Positions 27,487 through 40,537 of a stretch of DNA of 64,000 nucleotides are shown one piece after another (the stretch's first letter is position 1; each line of letters opens with the position of its first letter). The position numbers and the translations under genes were made by a program. The stretch covers positions 17,794 to 81,793 of the forward strand of contig JAVJSW010000030.1 in NCBI GenBank assembly GCA_040219255.1. The letters are read 5' to 3'. This DNA comes from Sumerlaeia bacterium (GTDB lineage Bacteria; Sumerlaeota; Sumerlaeia; SLMS01; JAHLLQ01). The notes beneath the pieces were generated by a model. The model saw only the letters and a list, made by a program, of their open reading frames with translations, was not told the origin of the DNA and did not search any database.

Positions 27487-30147
27487 ATGCCGCCTCGTCC
27501 TCCGCAAACCACGCAAGTTCCCGACGCCGGGGAGTCGGTGACGTTGTCGGATGACTGGCGCGCCCGCCGGCTTTTTCCCCAGGAGAAGCAGGCGATCCTG
27601 CAGGATCAGTTGGCGCTGGACTTCAGCGGCACGGGCGACTGGAAGCACGTCCGGGTGCCGGGCAATCTATACGCGGACCTTGTGGCGCTGGGTTCCGTTC
27701 CGGCGCACGACGCGCCGAACTGGGCGCTGGACAAGGTGGATTGGGTGGGCGAGGAGCACTGGATTTACCGCTGCCAGTTCACGGCGCCCTATCGCTGGTT
27801 CGAGGCTTCGGATCGCGCCGACCACCGGCTGGAAATCACCTTCGGGCGGCTCGATTGCTTCGCCCGGGTGTTCGTCAACGGCAAGTTCCTGGGGCGGACC
27901 CACAACGCGTTTCGCGAGTACACCTACGACGTGAGCCGGATATTGCAGGCCGGTGAGAATTCGATCTGCGTGGTGTTCCAGCCGACGAAACTGGTCTGCA
28001 AAGCCCTGGAGGAGGCGCACGAGCCGCTGCTGGGCGAGTACTGCGACTGGCGCATGTTCGCGCGCCGGCCCCAGTATCTGAGCGGCTGGGGGAGCCTGGC
28101 GCCGCCCGTGCCGAGCGTCGGCATTGGAACGCCCCCCGTGCTGCGCCGCCATCATGCCGTCGCGGTGCGGGACATGCACGTGCCGGTGAAGCGGCTGAAC
28201 GCGGATTTGGCCCAGTTCAAGATCGAGACGGAGTTCGAGAGCTTCGTGTCGGACCGGGCGACGCTGATTTACAAGGTCGAGTTGCTGGAGCCGGGCACGA
28301 CCATGGAGGGCACATATCAGTCAAGCATCGTCTGGGAAAGCGCGCGCACGTTCCGCATCAAACCCGGCGTGTTCCGCCACGCCGAACCGGTGGCGATCAA
28401 GCAGCCGCTGCCGTGGGAGCCGCTGGCGGCGGGTCCGGGACTGCGGCCGCTCTATCGCGCCAGTGTGGAAATCCGAATCAGTGGCCAGGTGGTGGGACGC
28501 AAGGGTCTGCGCTTTGGCCTGCGTGACATCGACACGAGCGGAGGCGCGGAGCCCTTCCTGCTCTTTATCAATAACCGGGAGACGCCGATGCTGGGGGCGG
28601 TGTGGGTGCCGCCGACGCTCTTTCCGTACAACATGACGCCGGAGATGGAGGCCGACTGGGTGGAGATGATGGCCCGCCACAATATTGGCATAGTGCGGGT
28701 CTGGGGCGGCGGAGAATACGCGAGCGAAGAGTTTTACGACCGCTGCGACGAACTGGGGATTATGGTCTGGCAGGACTTTCCCTACTGCCAGGCGCAGTAC
28801 CCCGACCGGATGCGGGAGTTCTGGCGCGACATTCAGAAGGAGGCGACCCATCAGATCAAGCGACTGCGCAACCATCCGAGTCTGGTGATGTGGTGCGGAG
28901 GCGACGGGCAGAAGGACTTTCTGTTCGCGAAGTCGGAAGGGCGCGGGTCCTGGGACAAGGAACCGGGCGGCGGCATCGCCAAGAAATTGCTGCCGACGCT
29001 GCTGGACAGCCTCGATCCATCGCGGCCATACCTGTCGTCGTCGCCATTGCCGAGGCGGCCGGGCAAGGGCAACACGGCGACGGTGGAGGCGCTGCCGAGC
29101 TTTCCCGCGGCGGAGATTTCGAGCGGGTTCCTGCCGGACTTCGCGGGCGATCTTTCGAACAGCGGTCCGCGGACACGGCTCTCGCGGGGGACGCTGGAGC
29201 TGGATCTGATGCAACCGCTGATCGACGATTTCCGGGCGCCCAATTCGCCGGAGGAATGGGTCTTTATGAGTCAGGTCTTGCAGGCTCGCGAGGTGACCCG
29301 GACCATCGACGAGGTGCGTTGCCGCACGGGAACGGCGTTGTCGGCTCTGCTGTGGAGGCTGGCGGACCCGTGGCCGACGATGGGGCCGTCGCTGCTCGAT
29401 TGCCGGGGCGTTCCCAAGCTGGCGCTCTGGGCCATGCGCCACGCCATGGCGCCGATCCGGGTGGTCTTCCAGCCGGTGGACGATCAGGCGCTGCGGGTGT
29501 ACGCGGTGCATACGTCGGCCATGAAATCGCTCAACAAGAACGCGATCTGCCGGTTGGGGGCGTGGACGTTGAAGGGCGATTTGCGGGGGCAGCGCGATTT
29601 CGAAATCGAGTTCAACTCGTCGGGTTGCACGGAAATCGCCCGGGCGATGCTTCTGGAAATCGGTGTCGAGGACATCGAGCGCTGCGCCGTGGTGGCGGAG
29701 ATTATCCAGGGCAAGATGATTGTCACGTCGCGAATGCATCTGCCAGCGGGAGTGCGGCGGGCGCGGCTCGGTGAACCCAAGCTGCGGGCGACGCTGCAAA
29801 CGGTGCTGGGCAAGCGGCGCGCGATCTATATCCTGAGCGCGGAAAACCTGGTGGCGGGCGTCGAGTTCAAACTCGAAGGCGTCCCCGGCGCGAGCATTCG
29901 CTACGAGAACTATTTCGACATCTGGCCCACCCACGAAATCCGCGTGCAGGTGGACCTGGAAGGGCGGGTCGAGGTGGCCGATTTGCTGGCCCGGGCGCGA
30001 TTCCGATGCCTGAACGATTTGAACTTGGGCGCGGGGATTATCTGGCGAAAGCTGGAAGTTACCGAGGGCGACGGCAGCGACGATCCGACCATGGTGGGGG
30101 GGCTGCGCATCCTGCACCGCAATAGCGGCATGGTGCCGAAGTTGTAG
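27487..30147 (+). CDS. GH2 beta-mannosidase-like protein, catalytic glutamates apparently absent
   Basis: RVWGGG, FYD.CDELGIMVWQDF, RLRNHPSLVMWCG present, but GDG replaces NNE. Confidence 0.8.
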   Translation: MPPRPPQTTQVPDAGESVTLSDDWRARRLFPQEKQAILQDQLALDFSGTGDWKHVRVPGNLYADLVALGSVPAHDAPNWALDKVDWVGEEHWIYRCQFTAPYRWFEASDRADHRLEITFGRLDCFARVFVNGKFLGRTHNAFREYTYDVSRILQAGENSICVVFQPTKLVCKALEEAHEPLLGEYCDWRMFARRPQYLSGWGSLAPPVPSVGIGTPPVLRRHHAVAVRDMHVPVKRLNADLAQFKIETEFESFVSDRATLIYKVELLEPGTTMEGTYQSSIVWESARTFRIKPGVFRHAEPVAIKQPLPWEPLAAGPGLRPLYRASVEIRISGQVVGRKGLRFGLRDIDTSGGAEPFLLFINNRETPMLGAVWVPPTLFPYNMTPEMEADWVEMMARHNIGIVRVWGGGEYASEEFYDRCDELGIMVWQDFPYCQAQYPDRMREFWRDIQKEATHQIKRLRNHPSLVMWCGGDGQKDFLFAKSEGRGSWDKEPGGGIAKKLLPTLLDSLDPSRPYLSSSPLPRRPGKGNTATVEALPSFPAAEISSGFLPDFAGDLSNSGPRTRLSRGTLELDLMQPLIDDFRAPNSPEEWVFMSQVLQAREVTRTIDEVRCRTGTALSALLWRLADPWPTMGPSLLDCRGVPKLALWAMRHAMAPIRVVFQPVDDQALRVYAVHTSAMKSLNKNAICRLGAWTLKGDLRGQRDFEIEFNSSGCTEIARAMLLEIGVEDIERCAVVAEIIQGKMIVTSRMHLPAGVRRARLGEPKLRATLQTVLGKRRAIYILSAENLVAGVEFKLEGVPGASIRYENYFDIWPTHEIRVQVDLEGRVEVADLLARARFRCLNDLNLGAGIIWRKLEVTEGDGSDDPTMVGGLRILHRNSGMVPKL

Positions 30148-30193
30148 GGACACGAAGCACACGCAGGATGGAGATGCACGGAGAAGGAAAGTG

Positions 30194-30303
30194 GCCACGG
30201 ATTGGCACGGATGGATTTCCGAACGGTCTGGCTCCCGCGCGTTCAGGCGTCTCCCAATGAAGAATTAAATCTATCCGAATTTGTATCCGTGCCCATCCGT
30301 GGC
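30194..30303. repeat. Inverted repeat of tandem CACGGAT units
   Basis: GCCACGGATTGGCACGGAT (30194-30212) versus ATCCGTGCCCATCCGTGGC (30285-30303): 18/19 complementary. Confidence 0.85.
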
Positions 30304-30402
30304 AACTCCTTGCTTTGTGAACTCCCCGTTCCCAAACCCGCCCCGCCACGACGAGGTCTAGTTCTCCGATTACCCCCTTCGAATCGGAAAGCGCCTTCGA
30401 CC

Positions 30403-31836
30403 ATGCCAAAAGTCCTGATAGTTGAGGACGACCAGACGTTTGCCCATCGTGTGGCACGGAATTTACAATTGGAGGGAATCGAAGCGGATCATGCGTTTGG
30501 ACCGAAGGAAGCGCTGACGCGCATGGCGAGCGGGCGCTACGCGGCGATTCTGTGCGACATCCGCATGCCGGGCCAGAGCGGGCTGGATTTTCTGAGCCAG
30601 GTTCGCGGCGGCGAACTGGAAGCCATCGAGGCCGATGTTCCGTTTGTGATGCTGACGAGCCTGAACAGCGTGGAAACGGCGGTGGACGCGATGAAGCGCG
30701 GGGCGAACGATTACTTGACCAAGGATGCGTCGCGCTCGGAAATCGCGGTCCGGTTGCGCCGCGCCATGGAGCAGCAGGAAGTCGCCAAGGAAAACCGGCG
30801 GCTGCGCGAGACGGTGGCCAAGGTGGATGAATTCAGCGAACTGGTGGGCGACTCGCCCGCGATGATGCGCATCAAGGAAGAAATCGCGGAAGTCGCCGAG
30901 ACGGACGCCACGGTGATGCTGTTGGGCGAGACCGGCGTCGGCAAGGAACTGGTCGCCCGCGCGATCCACCGCGCGAGCGGCCGCACCGGCGAATTCGTGG
31001 ACCTGAACGGGGCGTTGCTGCCCGATGACACGATGCTGCAAAGCGAACTCTTTGGCCACGAACGCGGCGCCTTTACAGACGCCAAGACCACGAAGAAGGG
31101 CAAGATGGAGGTGGCGGACGGCGGGACGCTTTTCCTGGACGAGGTAGGCGAGGTGAGCCTGGATGTGCAGGCGATGTTGCTGCGGGTGCTTGAGAACATG
31201 ACGTTTACGCGCGTGGGTGGGATGCGGCCGATCCAGGTCGATCTGCGCATGATTGTCGCCACGAACCGCGATTTGCTGCGCATGAGCGAGGAAGGCCACT
31301 TCCGCCAGGACCTCTATTACCGCCTGAACGTGTTTCCCATCGAGATTCCGCCGCTGCGCCAGCGCCGTGAGGACGTGACGGAGCTGACGGCGTTTTTCCT
31401 GCGGCGGGCGGCGAAGCGCTACGGCCGGCCGGTGCCGGAGCCGACGGCGGACGCGTTCGCGGTGCTGCGGGACTACCATTGGCCGGGCAACATCCGCGAA
31501 CTGCGCAACATCAGCGAGCGGCTGCTGATCCGAGCCCGGGGCGGCACCGCCATCACGGCGGAGGACGTGCGGGCGTGCGGTCTGGCGCAGAAGACGACGG
31601 CTCAGCAAAGCTTCGTGGAAATCCCGGAAGACGGCGTGAATCTGGACGAGCTGGAGCAGCAGTTCGTGCTGGAGGCGCTGCGCCGGTGCGACTGGAATCA
31701 GACGGAGGCGGCGGGGCTGCTGGGCATCAGCGTGGACCGGATGAACAACCGGGTGAAGAAGTTCGGCTTTACCCATCCCAAGTGGCGCGTCCACAAGGGG
31801 GGGCGCAAAGCCTCGGCGAAATTGGCCGGAGGCTAG
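30403..31836 (+). CDS. Sigma54-dependent response regulator (NtrC family)
   Basis: VLIVEDD receiver; [44 protein letters not shown]; Fis-type HTH. Confidence 0.93.
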   Translation: MPKVLIVEDDQTFAHRVARNLQLEGIEADHAFGPKEALTRMASGRYAAILCDIRMPGQSGLDFLSQVRGGELEAIEADVPFVMLTSLNSVETAVDAMKRGANDYLTKDASRSEIAVRLRRAMEQQEVAKENRRLRETVAKVDEFSELVGDSPAMMRIKEEIAEVAETDATVMLLGETGVGKELVARAIHRASGRTGEFVDLNGALLPDDTMLQSELFGHERGAFTDAKTTKKGKMEVADGGTLFLDEVGEVSLDVQAMLLRVLENMTFTRVGGMRPIQVDLRMIVATNRDLLRMSEEGHFRQDLYYRLNVFPIEIPPLRQRREDVTELTAFFLRRAAKRYGRPVPEPTADAFAVLRDYHWPGNIRELRNISERLLIRARGGTAITAEDVRACGLAQKTTAQQSFVEIPEDGVNLDELEQQFVLEALRRCDWNQTEAAGLLGISVDRMNNRVKKFGFTHPKWRVHKGGRKASAKLAGG

Positions 31837-31864
31837 CCCCATTCCGCCCCGGACACCCCTTGCG

Positions 31865-32302
31865 ATGCCCCTGATTGCGATCCTCAACGGCCCCAACCTC
31901 AACCTTCTCGGGACCCGCGAGCCGGAACGCTACGGGCGCGAAACCCTCAGCGACATCGAGCGCCACCTGCGTTGGATGGCCGATGAAGTCAACGTGGAGC
32001 TGACCTTCTTCCAGAGCAACCACGAGGGTCTTCTGATCGACACGATCCACGAACTGCGCGAGCGCGTGGACGCGATCATCATCAACCCGGGTGGCTTGAC
32101 GCATACCTCGGTGGCGCTGCGCGACGCCTTGCTGGCGGTGGATAAGCCGATCTATGAAGTCCACATTTCGAACATCCACGCCCGCGAGGAATTCCGCCAT
32201 CACAGCTACATCAGCGACATCGCCGTGGGCGTGATTTGCGGCCTGGGCACGCGGGGATATGAGTACGCGCTGCGGGAAGCGGCCACCCGCCTGCGCACTT
32301 GA
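31865..32302 (+). CDS. aroQ: Type II 3-dehydroquinate dehydratase
   Basis: [27 protein letters not shown]...RE.FRH.S. Confidence 0.97.
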   Translation: MPLIAILNGPNLNLLGTREPERYGRETLSDIERHLRWMADEVNVELTFFQSNHEGLLIDTIHELRERVDAIIINPGGLTHTSVALRDALLAVDKPIYEVHISNIHAREEFRHHSYISDIAVGVICGLGTRGYEYALREAATRLRT

Positions 32303-32309
32303 CCCCGCG

Positions 32310-33134
32310 ATGAATTCCCCGCCCGCCGCCGCCGCGGACCCCTTTCCCGTCGTGATTCCCCGCGAGGAACCGCTCATCGAGGGGCGGTTGCTGGGGCGTT
32401 ACAACCGGTTCCTGTCGGACATCGAACTACCCGGCGGCGAAGTCGTCACGGCCCACTGCGTGAACACCGGCGCGATGGAGGGTCTCTGCGCGCCGGGCAC
32501 GCGGGTCTGGATCAGCCGGGCGGATAATCCGAATCGTAAGCTGAAGTTCACCTGGGAAATGGCCGAGGCTGGCGGTCACGTCTATGGCGCCAACACGGCG
32601 ATGCCGAACCGGATCGTGGGCGAACTGCTCGAGCGGCGGGCGCTGCCGTGGCTGGCGAAGTGGGACGAGTTGCGGCCGGAGTGCCCCTACGGCGAGAACT
32701 GCCGGGTGGATTTCCGGCTCAAGTTCGGGCGGCGGTATCACTTTCTCGAAGTCAAGAACGTCCATCTCTACTACCCCGACGGGCGGGCCTATTTTCCGGA
32801 CTCGGTGAGCGAGCGCGGCGCGAATCACCTGCGCGAGTTGAGCGCCTTGCTTGAGCCAAGGAAAGCCTCCGCCGAGGTGCTCTTCTTCGTGCAAATCCCC
32901 GCCGCCAAGGCCATCCGGCCGAGCGACGCCCACGATCCGGCTTTTGCCGCAGCGGCCCGCGCGGCGCGCCAGGCCGGCGTGCGCTTTCGGGCGCTGCGCG
33001 TGGCGCATACGGCGGAGGCCATCCATGTCCTGGGAACGATGCCGGTGGATCTGAAGCCGTACAACACGGAGCGGCCCGCCGCATGGCGCAAAGCCAACAA
33101 GGAGAATGGTTCGAGCGGATGGAAACGGCGATGA
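32310..33134 (+). CDS. sfsA: DNA/RNA nuclease SfsA
   Basis: RYNRFL.D, AHC.NTG.M, RVDF, EVKNV, FPD.V..RG..HL.EL. Confidence 0.9.
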   Translation: MNSPPAAAADPFPVVIPREEPLIEGRLLGRYNRFLSDIELPGGEVVTAHCVNTGAMEGLCAPGTRVWISRADNPNRKLKFTWEMAEAGGHVYGANTAMPNRIVGELLERRALPWLAKWDELRPECPYGENCRVDFRLKFGRRYHFLEVKNVHLYYPDGRAYFPDSVSERGANHLRELSALLEPRKASAEVLFFVQIPAAKAIRPSDAHDPAFAAAARAARQAGVRFRALRVAHTAEAIHVLGTMPVDLKPYNTERPAAWRKANKENGSSGWKRR

Positions 33135-34744
33135 GGAGGTGGGCGCTGGCTAAGGAATGGCTCGGAGCGCACCGGGCCGACGCGATCGCGGTGGCGGTGC
33201 TGCTGCTTTACGGATTTGTGGCGCCGATGCTGACCACGGGGCGCTTTGGCATGACGTGGGACGAGGGCTATTACTACCCGGCCTACGAGGACGCGCGGCA
33301 GTGGATCGTCCTGCTGGTCCAGGACCCCGGCGCGGCGCTCTCGCCCTCGGGCATCGAGGCGGGCTGGGCGGAAATCAGCGAACTGCCGCCGGTGACGAAA
33401 TGGCTCCACGCGCCGCTGACGGTGTTCGGCTCCGGCATGGGCAAGCTGTACGTGCTGCGGCTCGTTCCGGCGGCGCTCTTCGCGGCGACGCTGGCGCTGA
33501 TTTTCCTGACGGTACGGCGAACCGGATCGACGGCTTGGGCTTTGCTGGGGGCGGCGTGCTACGGCCTGCATCCGAGGCTCTTCGGCCACGCGCATTTCGC
33601 GGCGAGTGAAACGGTCTTTTGCTTCCTGACGGCGGCGGTGCTTTGCGTGGCGGGCGGGGATTTGGCGCGACGGCGAACCAAGGCCGGGCTGGTGGTTCTG
33701 CTGGGGCTGGCGCTGGCGACGAAGGTCAACGGCCTGATCCTGATCGTGGCTGTCGGCGGATGGTTGGCGCTGCGGGTTTTCTTCGGGATTTTGGAGCACC
33801 GCCGCGTGCCCAGGCCCGAGTCCGCATCGGCCATCAAGCACGCCCTGATCGCGGCGGCGCTGCTGCTGTTGGCGCCGGTGGTGGCGCTGGCGATCTGGCC
33901 CTGGATGTGGCATGACACGGCGGCGCGGATTGCTGGCTATTGGCAGTTCATCCGCGAGCACAGCCATCAGGGCGTCTGGTATCTGGGGGAGAAATACAAC
34001 TTCCCCGACGACGCGCCCAAGGCGCCCTGGCACTACGTGCCGGTGATGCTGGCGGCGACGATGCCGGTGGTTTTCTTGGTCCTTGGCGCGTGGGGGATAT
34101 GGCGGGCGGGGTGGCGGTTCCTGCGCGAGCGCATGGATTTCGATGCGCTGCTGCTGCTGGCCTTCATCGGGCCGCTCAGCGCCACCATGTTGCCGTCCTC
34201 CCCGAAGTACGATGGCATCCGGTTGTTCCTGCCGGCGCTGGTGCCGCTGGCGATGATGGCGGGGCGGCTGGGCGAGGCGCAGCTTTGGCGGAGGGAACGC
34301 CTGCGGTGGGCGCCTTGGTGCTTGGCCGGGGCGATTGCGCTTACGGCCGGGCCGTTTCTGCCGAGAGGTTTGAGCTACTACAACTTACCTTTGCGGATCG
34401 TGGCGCCGGAAGGCCACGACTTCCCTTTCGAAACCACCTACTGGGGCGAGGGCATCACGCCCGGGAGGCTTCTGGACGTTGTGCCGCCAGACGCGCGGAT
34501 CAAGACGCGGGCGCTGCATACGGTGGTCTTCGACTTGTATCGGGATTGGGGCGTGCTGCCGGAGACGATGAGCTTTGACGGGCCGCCGCCCTACGACTTC
34601 CACCTGATTCAAAACCGCAAAGGGTTCTGGGGGAACGTGGACTGGTGGCTGGCGGGCAACCGCGAACCGCTGGCGGTGTGGCCGCCGGATTCCGGCAACC
34701 CGCAGTGGATTCTCTTTGATGGGCGGCCGCCGGGCGGTAGCTGA
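33131..34744 (+). CDS. GT-C (PMT/ArnT-like) multi-TM glycosyltransferase
   Basis: TWDE, PRLFGHAH, LATK, PWHY, YDGIRLFLP, YWG; ATGA overlap with sfsA. Confidence 0.75.
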   Translation: MRRWALAKEWLGAHRADAIAVAVLLLYGFVAPMLTTGRFGMTWDEGYYYPAYEDARQWIVLLVQDPGAALSPSGIEAGWAEISELPPVTKWLHAPLTVFGSGMGKLYVLRLVPAALFAATLALIFLTVRRTGSTAWALLGAACYGLHPRLFGHAHFAASETVFCFLTAAVLCVAGGDLARRRTKAGLVVLLGLALATKVNGLILIVAVGGWLALRVFFGILEHRRVPRPESASAIKHALIAAALLLLAPVVALAIWPWMWHDTAARIAGYWQFIREHSHQGVWYLGEKYNFPDDAPKAPWHYVPVMLAATMPVVFLVLGAWGIWRAGWRFLRERMDFDALLLLAFIGPLSATMLPSSPKYDGIRLFLPALVPLAMMAGRLGEAQLWRRERLRWAPWCLAGAIALTAGPFLPRGLSYYNLPLRIVAPEGHDFPFETTYWGEGITPGRLLDVVPPDARIKTRALHTVVFDLYRDWGVLPETMSFDGPPPYDFHLIQNRKGFWGNVDWWLAGNREPLAVWPPDSGNPQWILFDGRPPGGS

Positions 34745-34760
34745 AGAGATTGAAGGTGCC

Positions 34761-36527
34761 TTAGAACGGCACGAGGACCGGTAGCAGAGCGAGGGCTACG
34801 ACGGCGACTGCGAGAGCCACCGGCGTTCCGACCTTGGTGAAGTCGGTGAAGCGATAACCACCCGGGCCGAAAACCATCAGGTTTGTCTGGTAACCGATGG
34901 GTGTGACGAAGCTGGCCGACGCGGCGATCATGATGGCGTAGGCGAAGGGCGTGAAGCTGACGCCGAGGACCTGGGACGCGGAGTAGGCGATGGGGAAGAC
35001 GACCACGGCGGCGGCGTTGTTCGTGACGGTTTCGGTGAAAATGGCGGTGATGATGTAAATCGCCAGGAGGGTGAGCCAGGGCTCGCCCGCGGCGAGACCC
35101 ATGATGCCCTGGGCGATGGCGTCGGCGGCGCCGCTCTCGCGCAGGGCGTTGCCCAGCCCGAAGGCCGCCGCGATGGCGACGAGCAGGTCGCGGTTGATGC
35201 CCCGCTTGGCGCCTTCGAGGGTCAGGCATCCGGTGACCAGCATGGCGGCGGAGGCGATCAGCGCGGCCTGGAGCATAGTGAAGAGGCCGACGGCCTTGAG
35301 GAGGACCATGCCGGCCACGATGGCGAGGGCGATCCAGGCTTTCTGCGGCGTCGGTTCGGTGAAGCGGCTGAGACCGCTGACCAGGAAAAAGTCGCGGCTG
35401 TTGCGATGGCTGGCGAGGAAGGAACGCTGGGCTTCGAGAAGCAGGGTGTCACCGGCGCGCAGTTCGATGTCGCCGATCTTTCCCTCGACGCGCTCGCCAT
35501 TGCGCGCCACGGCGATGACGGCGGCGTTGTACATCGTGCGGAAGCGCCCTTCGCGGATGCTCTTGCCGAGCAGAGGAGAGGAGTCGGAGACGACCGCTTC
35601 CACCAGGAGGCGCTCGCTGTCTGTGCCGTCGAGCTTGAAGATCTGATTGGTTGCTGGCACGAGACCTGGCCAGGTGCGCAGTTCCTTGACCGAGTCGACG
35701 ACGCCGACGAAGACCAGCCGGTCGCCGGCTTCGAGCACTTGCTCTGGACCGACGGCCGGGATGACGCGGCCGTCGCGGTCGATTTCCATCAGGTAAACGC
35801 CGCCGAGATGGCGAAGGCCCGCTTCCTCGATGGTCTTGCCGACGTTTACGCCGCCGTCCTCGACCATCATTTCCAGGGTGTACTGGCGAGGGTCGTCGAG
35901 GCGGCTGACGGCGGGCCGGCGGTCCGGGAGGAGTTTTCGGCCGACGAGCAGAATCGTCGCGATGCCCGCCAGGGCGCAGGGCACGCCGATGATGCTGATG
36001 TCGAACACGCCCATCGTCTCCATGCCGCGTTCGATCATCAGGCCGTTGACGACCAGGTTGGTGCTGGTGCCGATCAGGGTGCACATGCCGCCGAGGATGG
36101 CCGCGTAGGACAGCGGGATGAGAAGCTTGGAGGAGGCGACGCCACTGCGCCGCGACCAATCGGTGATGGCGGGAACCAGCATAGCCACCAGGGGCGTATT
36201 GTTCAGAAAGCCGCTGAACGCCGCGATGGGGAGCATCAGGCGGGTCTGGGCCCAGAATATGGACTTGGTGCTGCCGAGAAGGCCGCGAATCAGGGGCCAG
36301 ATCGCTCCCGAGTCCCGCACGCCGGCGGCGACGACGAAGAGGACGCCGACGGTGATGACGCCGGAGTTGGAGAAGCCGGCAAAGGCCTGCTTGGCGTCAA
36401 CGATGCCAAAGACCAGCAGCACGCCGACTCCGCCCATGAGGACCGCGTCGGTGGGAAGCCGGGTTTTCATCAGGAGGCCGAAAACGATGAGCAGGATGCC
36501 GACGGTGAACCAGGCTTCGAGCGGCAT
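34761..36527 (-). CDS. SLC13-family permease with two TrkA-C domains (putative sulfate/anion transporter)
   Basis: FLNNTP.VA, LIPLSYA..LGG.CTLIGTSTNL, TNNAAA, TPIGYQTNLMV.GPGGY.F.DF. Confidence 0.9.
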   Translation of the reverse strand: MPLEAWFTVGILLIVFGLLMKTRLPTDAVLMGGVGVLLVFGIVDAKQAFAGFSNSGVITVGVLFVVAAGVRDSGAIWPLIRGLLGSTKSIFWAQTRLMLPIAAFSGFLNNTPLVAMLVPAITDWSRRSGVASSKLLIPLSYAAILGGMCTLIGTSTNLVVNGLMIERGMETMGVFDISIIGVPCALAGIATILLVGRKLLPDRRPAVSRLDDPRQYTLEMMVEDGGVNVGKTIEEAGLRHLGGVYLMEIDRDGRVIPAVGPEQVLEAGDRLVFVGVVDSVKELRTWPGLVPATNQIFKLDGTDSERLLVEAVVSDSSPLLGKSIREGRFRTMYNAAVIAVARNGERVEGKIGDIELRAGDTLLLEAQRSFLASHRNSRDFFLVSGLSRFTEPTPQKAWIALAIVAGMVLLKAVGLFTMLQAALIASAAMLVTGCLTLEGAKRGINRDLLVAIAAAFGLGNALRESGAADAIAQGIMGLAAGEPWLTLLAIYIITAIFTETVTNNAAAVVVFPIAYSASQVLGVSFTPFAYAIMIAASASFVTPIGYQTNLMVFGPGGYRFTDFTKVGTPVALAVAVVALALLPVLVPF

Positions 36528-36556
36528 GGTGGGGGCCCTAACGGGAGACGGAGTGA

Positions 36557-36579
36557 ATTCCTACTAGTTCAGTAGGTAT
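36557..36579. promoter_or_regulatory. Palindromic operator candidate upstream of the SLC13 gene
   Basis: ATTCCTACT-AGTTC-AGTAGGTAT (8/9 dyad) about 30 bp upstream of the start codon. Confidence 0.5.
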
Positions 36580-36642
36580 TACACGGATAGTGCAATGCCG
36601 GGGGGCGGGCAAGCCGGTTCTGGCGGCAACGTGTCTTAAGCG

Positions 36643-36681
36643 ATAAAAGACCGGAGGAGGGCATTCGCCTCCTCCGGTCTT
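36643..36681 (-). terminator. Rho-independent terminator after the small peptide gene
   Basis: Minus strand AAGACCGGAGGAGG-loop-CCTCCTCCGGTCTT then TTAT; 14-bp stem. Confidence 0.85.
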
Positions 36682-36710
36682 CGCGGACCGGGTGTTGGAT
36701 CTGGGGGGAG

Positions 36711-36860
36711 TTAGAGTTCGAAAGGATCGCCGGTGAAGGCGTTCACGTCGAGCATTTGCTCGTCGAGGTCTTTGGCCTCGCGGGTTTCCACCTGCGGGGT
36801 TTCGTACTCGGGGGCTTTGGTTTCGGGGGTGGATTCGGTGGGGAATGTATCGTTGGTCAT
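36711..36860 (-). CDS. 49-aa acidic peptide with YxxP motif (RiPP-precursor-like)
   Basis: MTNDTFPTESTPETKAPEYETPQVETREAKDLDEQMLDVNAFTGDPFEL; SD GGAG; GC3-rich codons; followed by a terminator. Confidence 0.7.
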   Translation of the reverse strand: MTNDTFPTESTPETKAPEYETPQVETREAKDLDEQMLDVNAFTGDPFEL

Positions 36861-36903
36861 TGGGGAAATCTCCGGGATTGTACGGGGCTCTTTGGCGGAT
36901 GGT

Positions 36904-40323
<3,420 letters not shown>

Positions 40324-40537
40324 GCGGTGGCATACCTCCGGTGACTTGTGAGCATAGTTCGACAAAATACTTATGGGCTAGAAAGCGCCCCGTCGCGATC
40401 CGAGTCAATCTTTTCTTGAAAATCCAGAACGCAACGAAATCCTGGGAGTTTCCAGTTCACTTGACACCCCCTGCGGCCACGCCGCATTGATGACCCTGCG
40501 TTTGCATGCGCGAAAACGTCTGGAATGGGAACCGGGA

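Noticed and set aside
31060-31083. GAFTDA instead of GAFTGA in the sigma54 activator
   Set aside because: A common natural variant, so not evidence of novelty.
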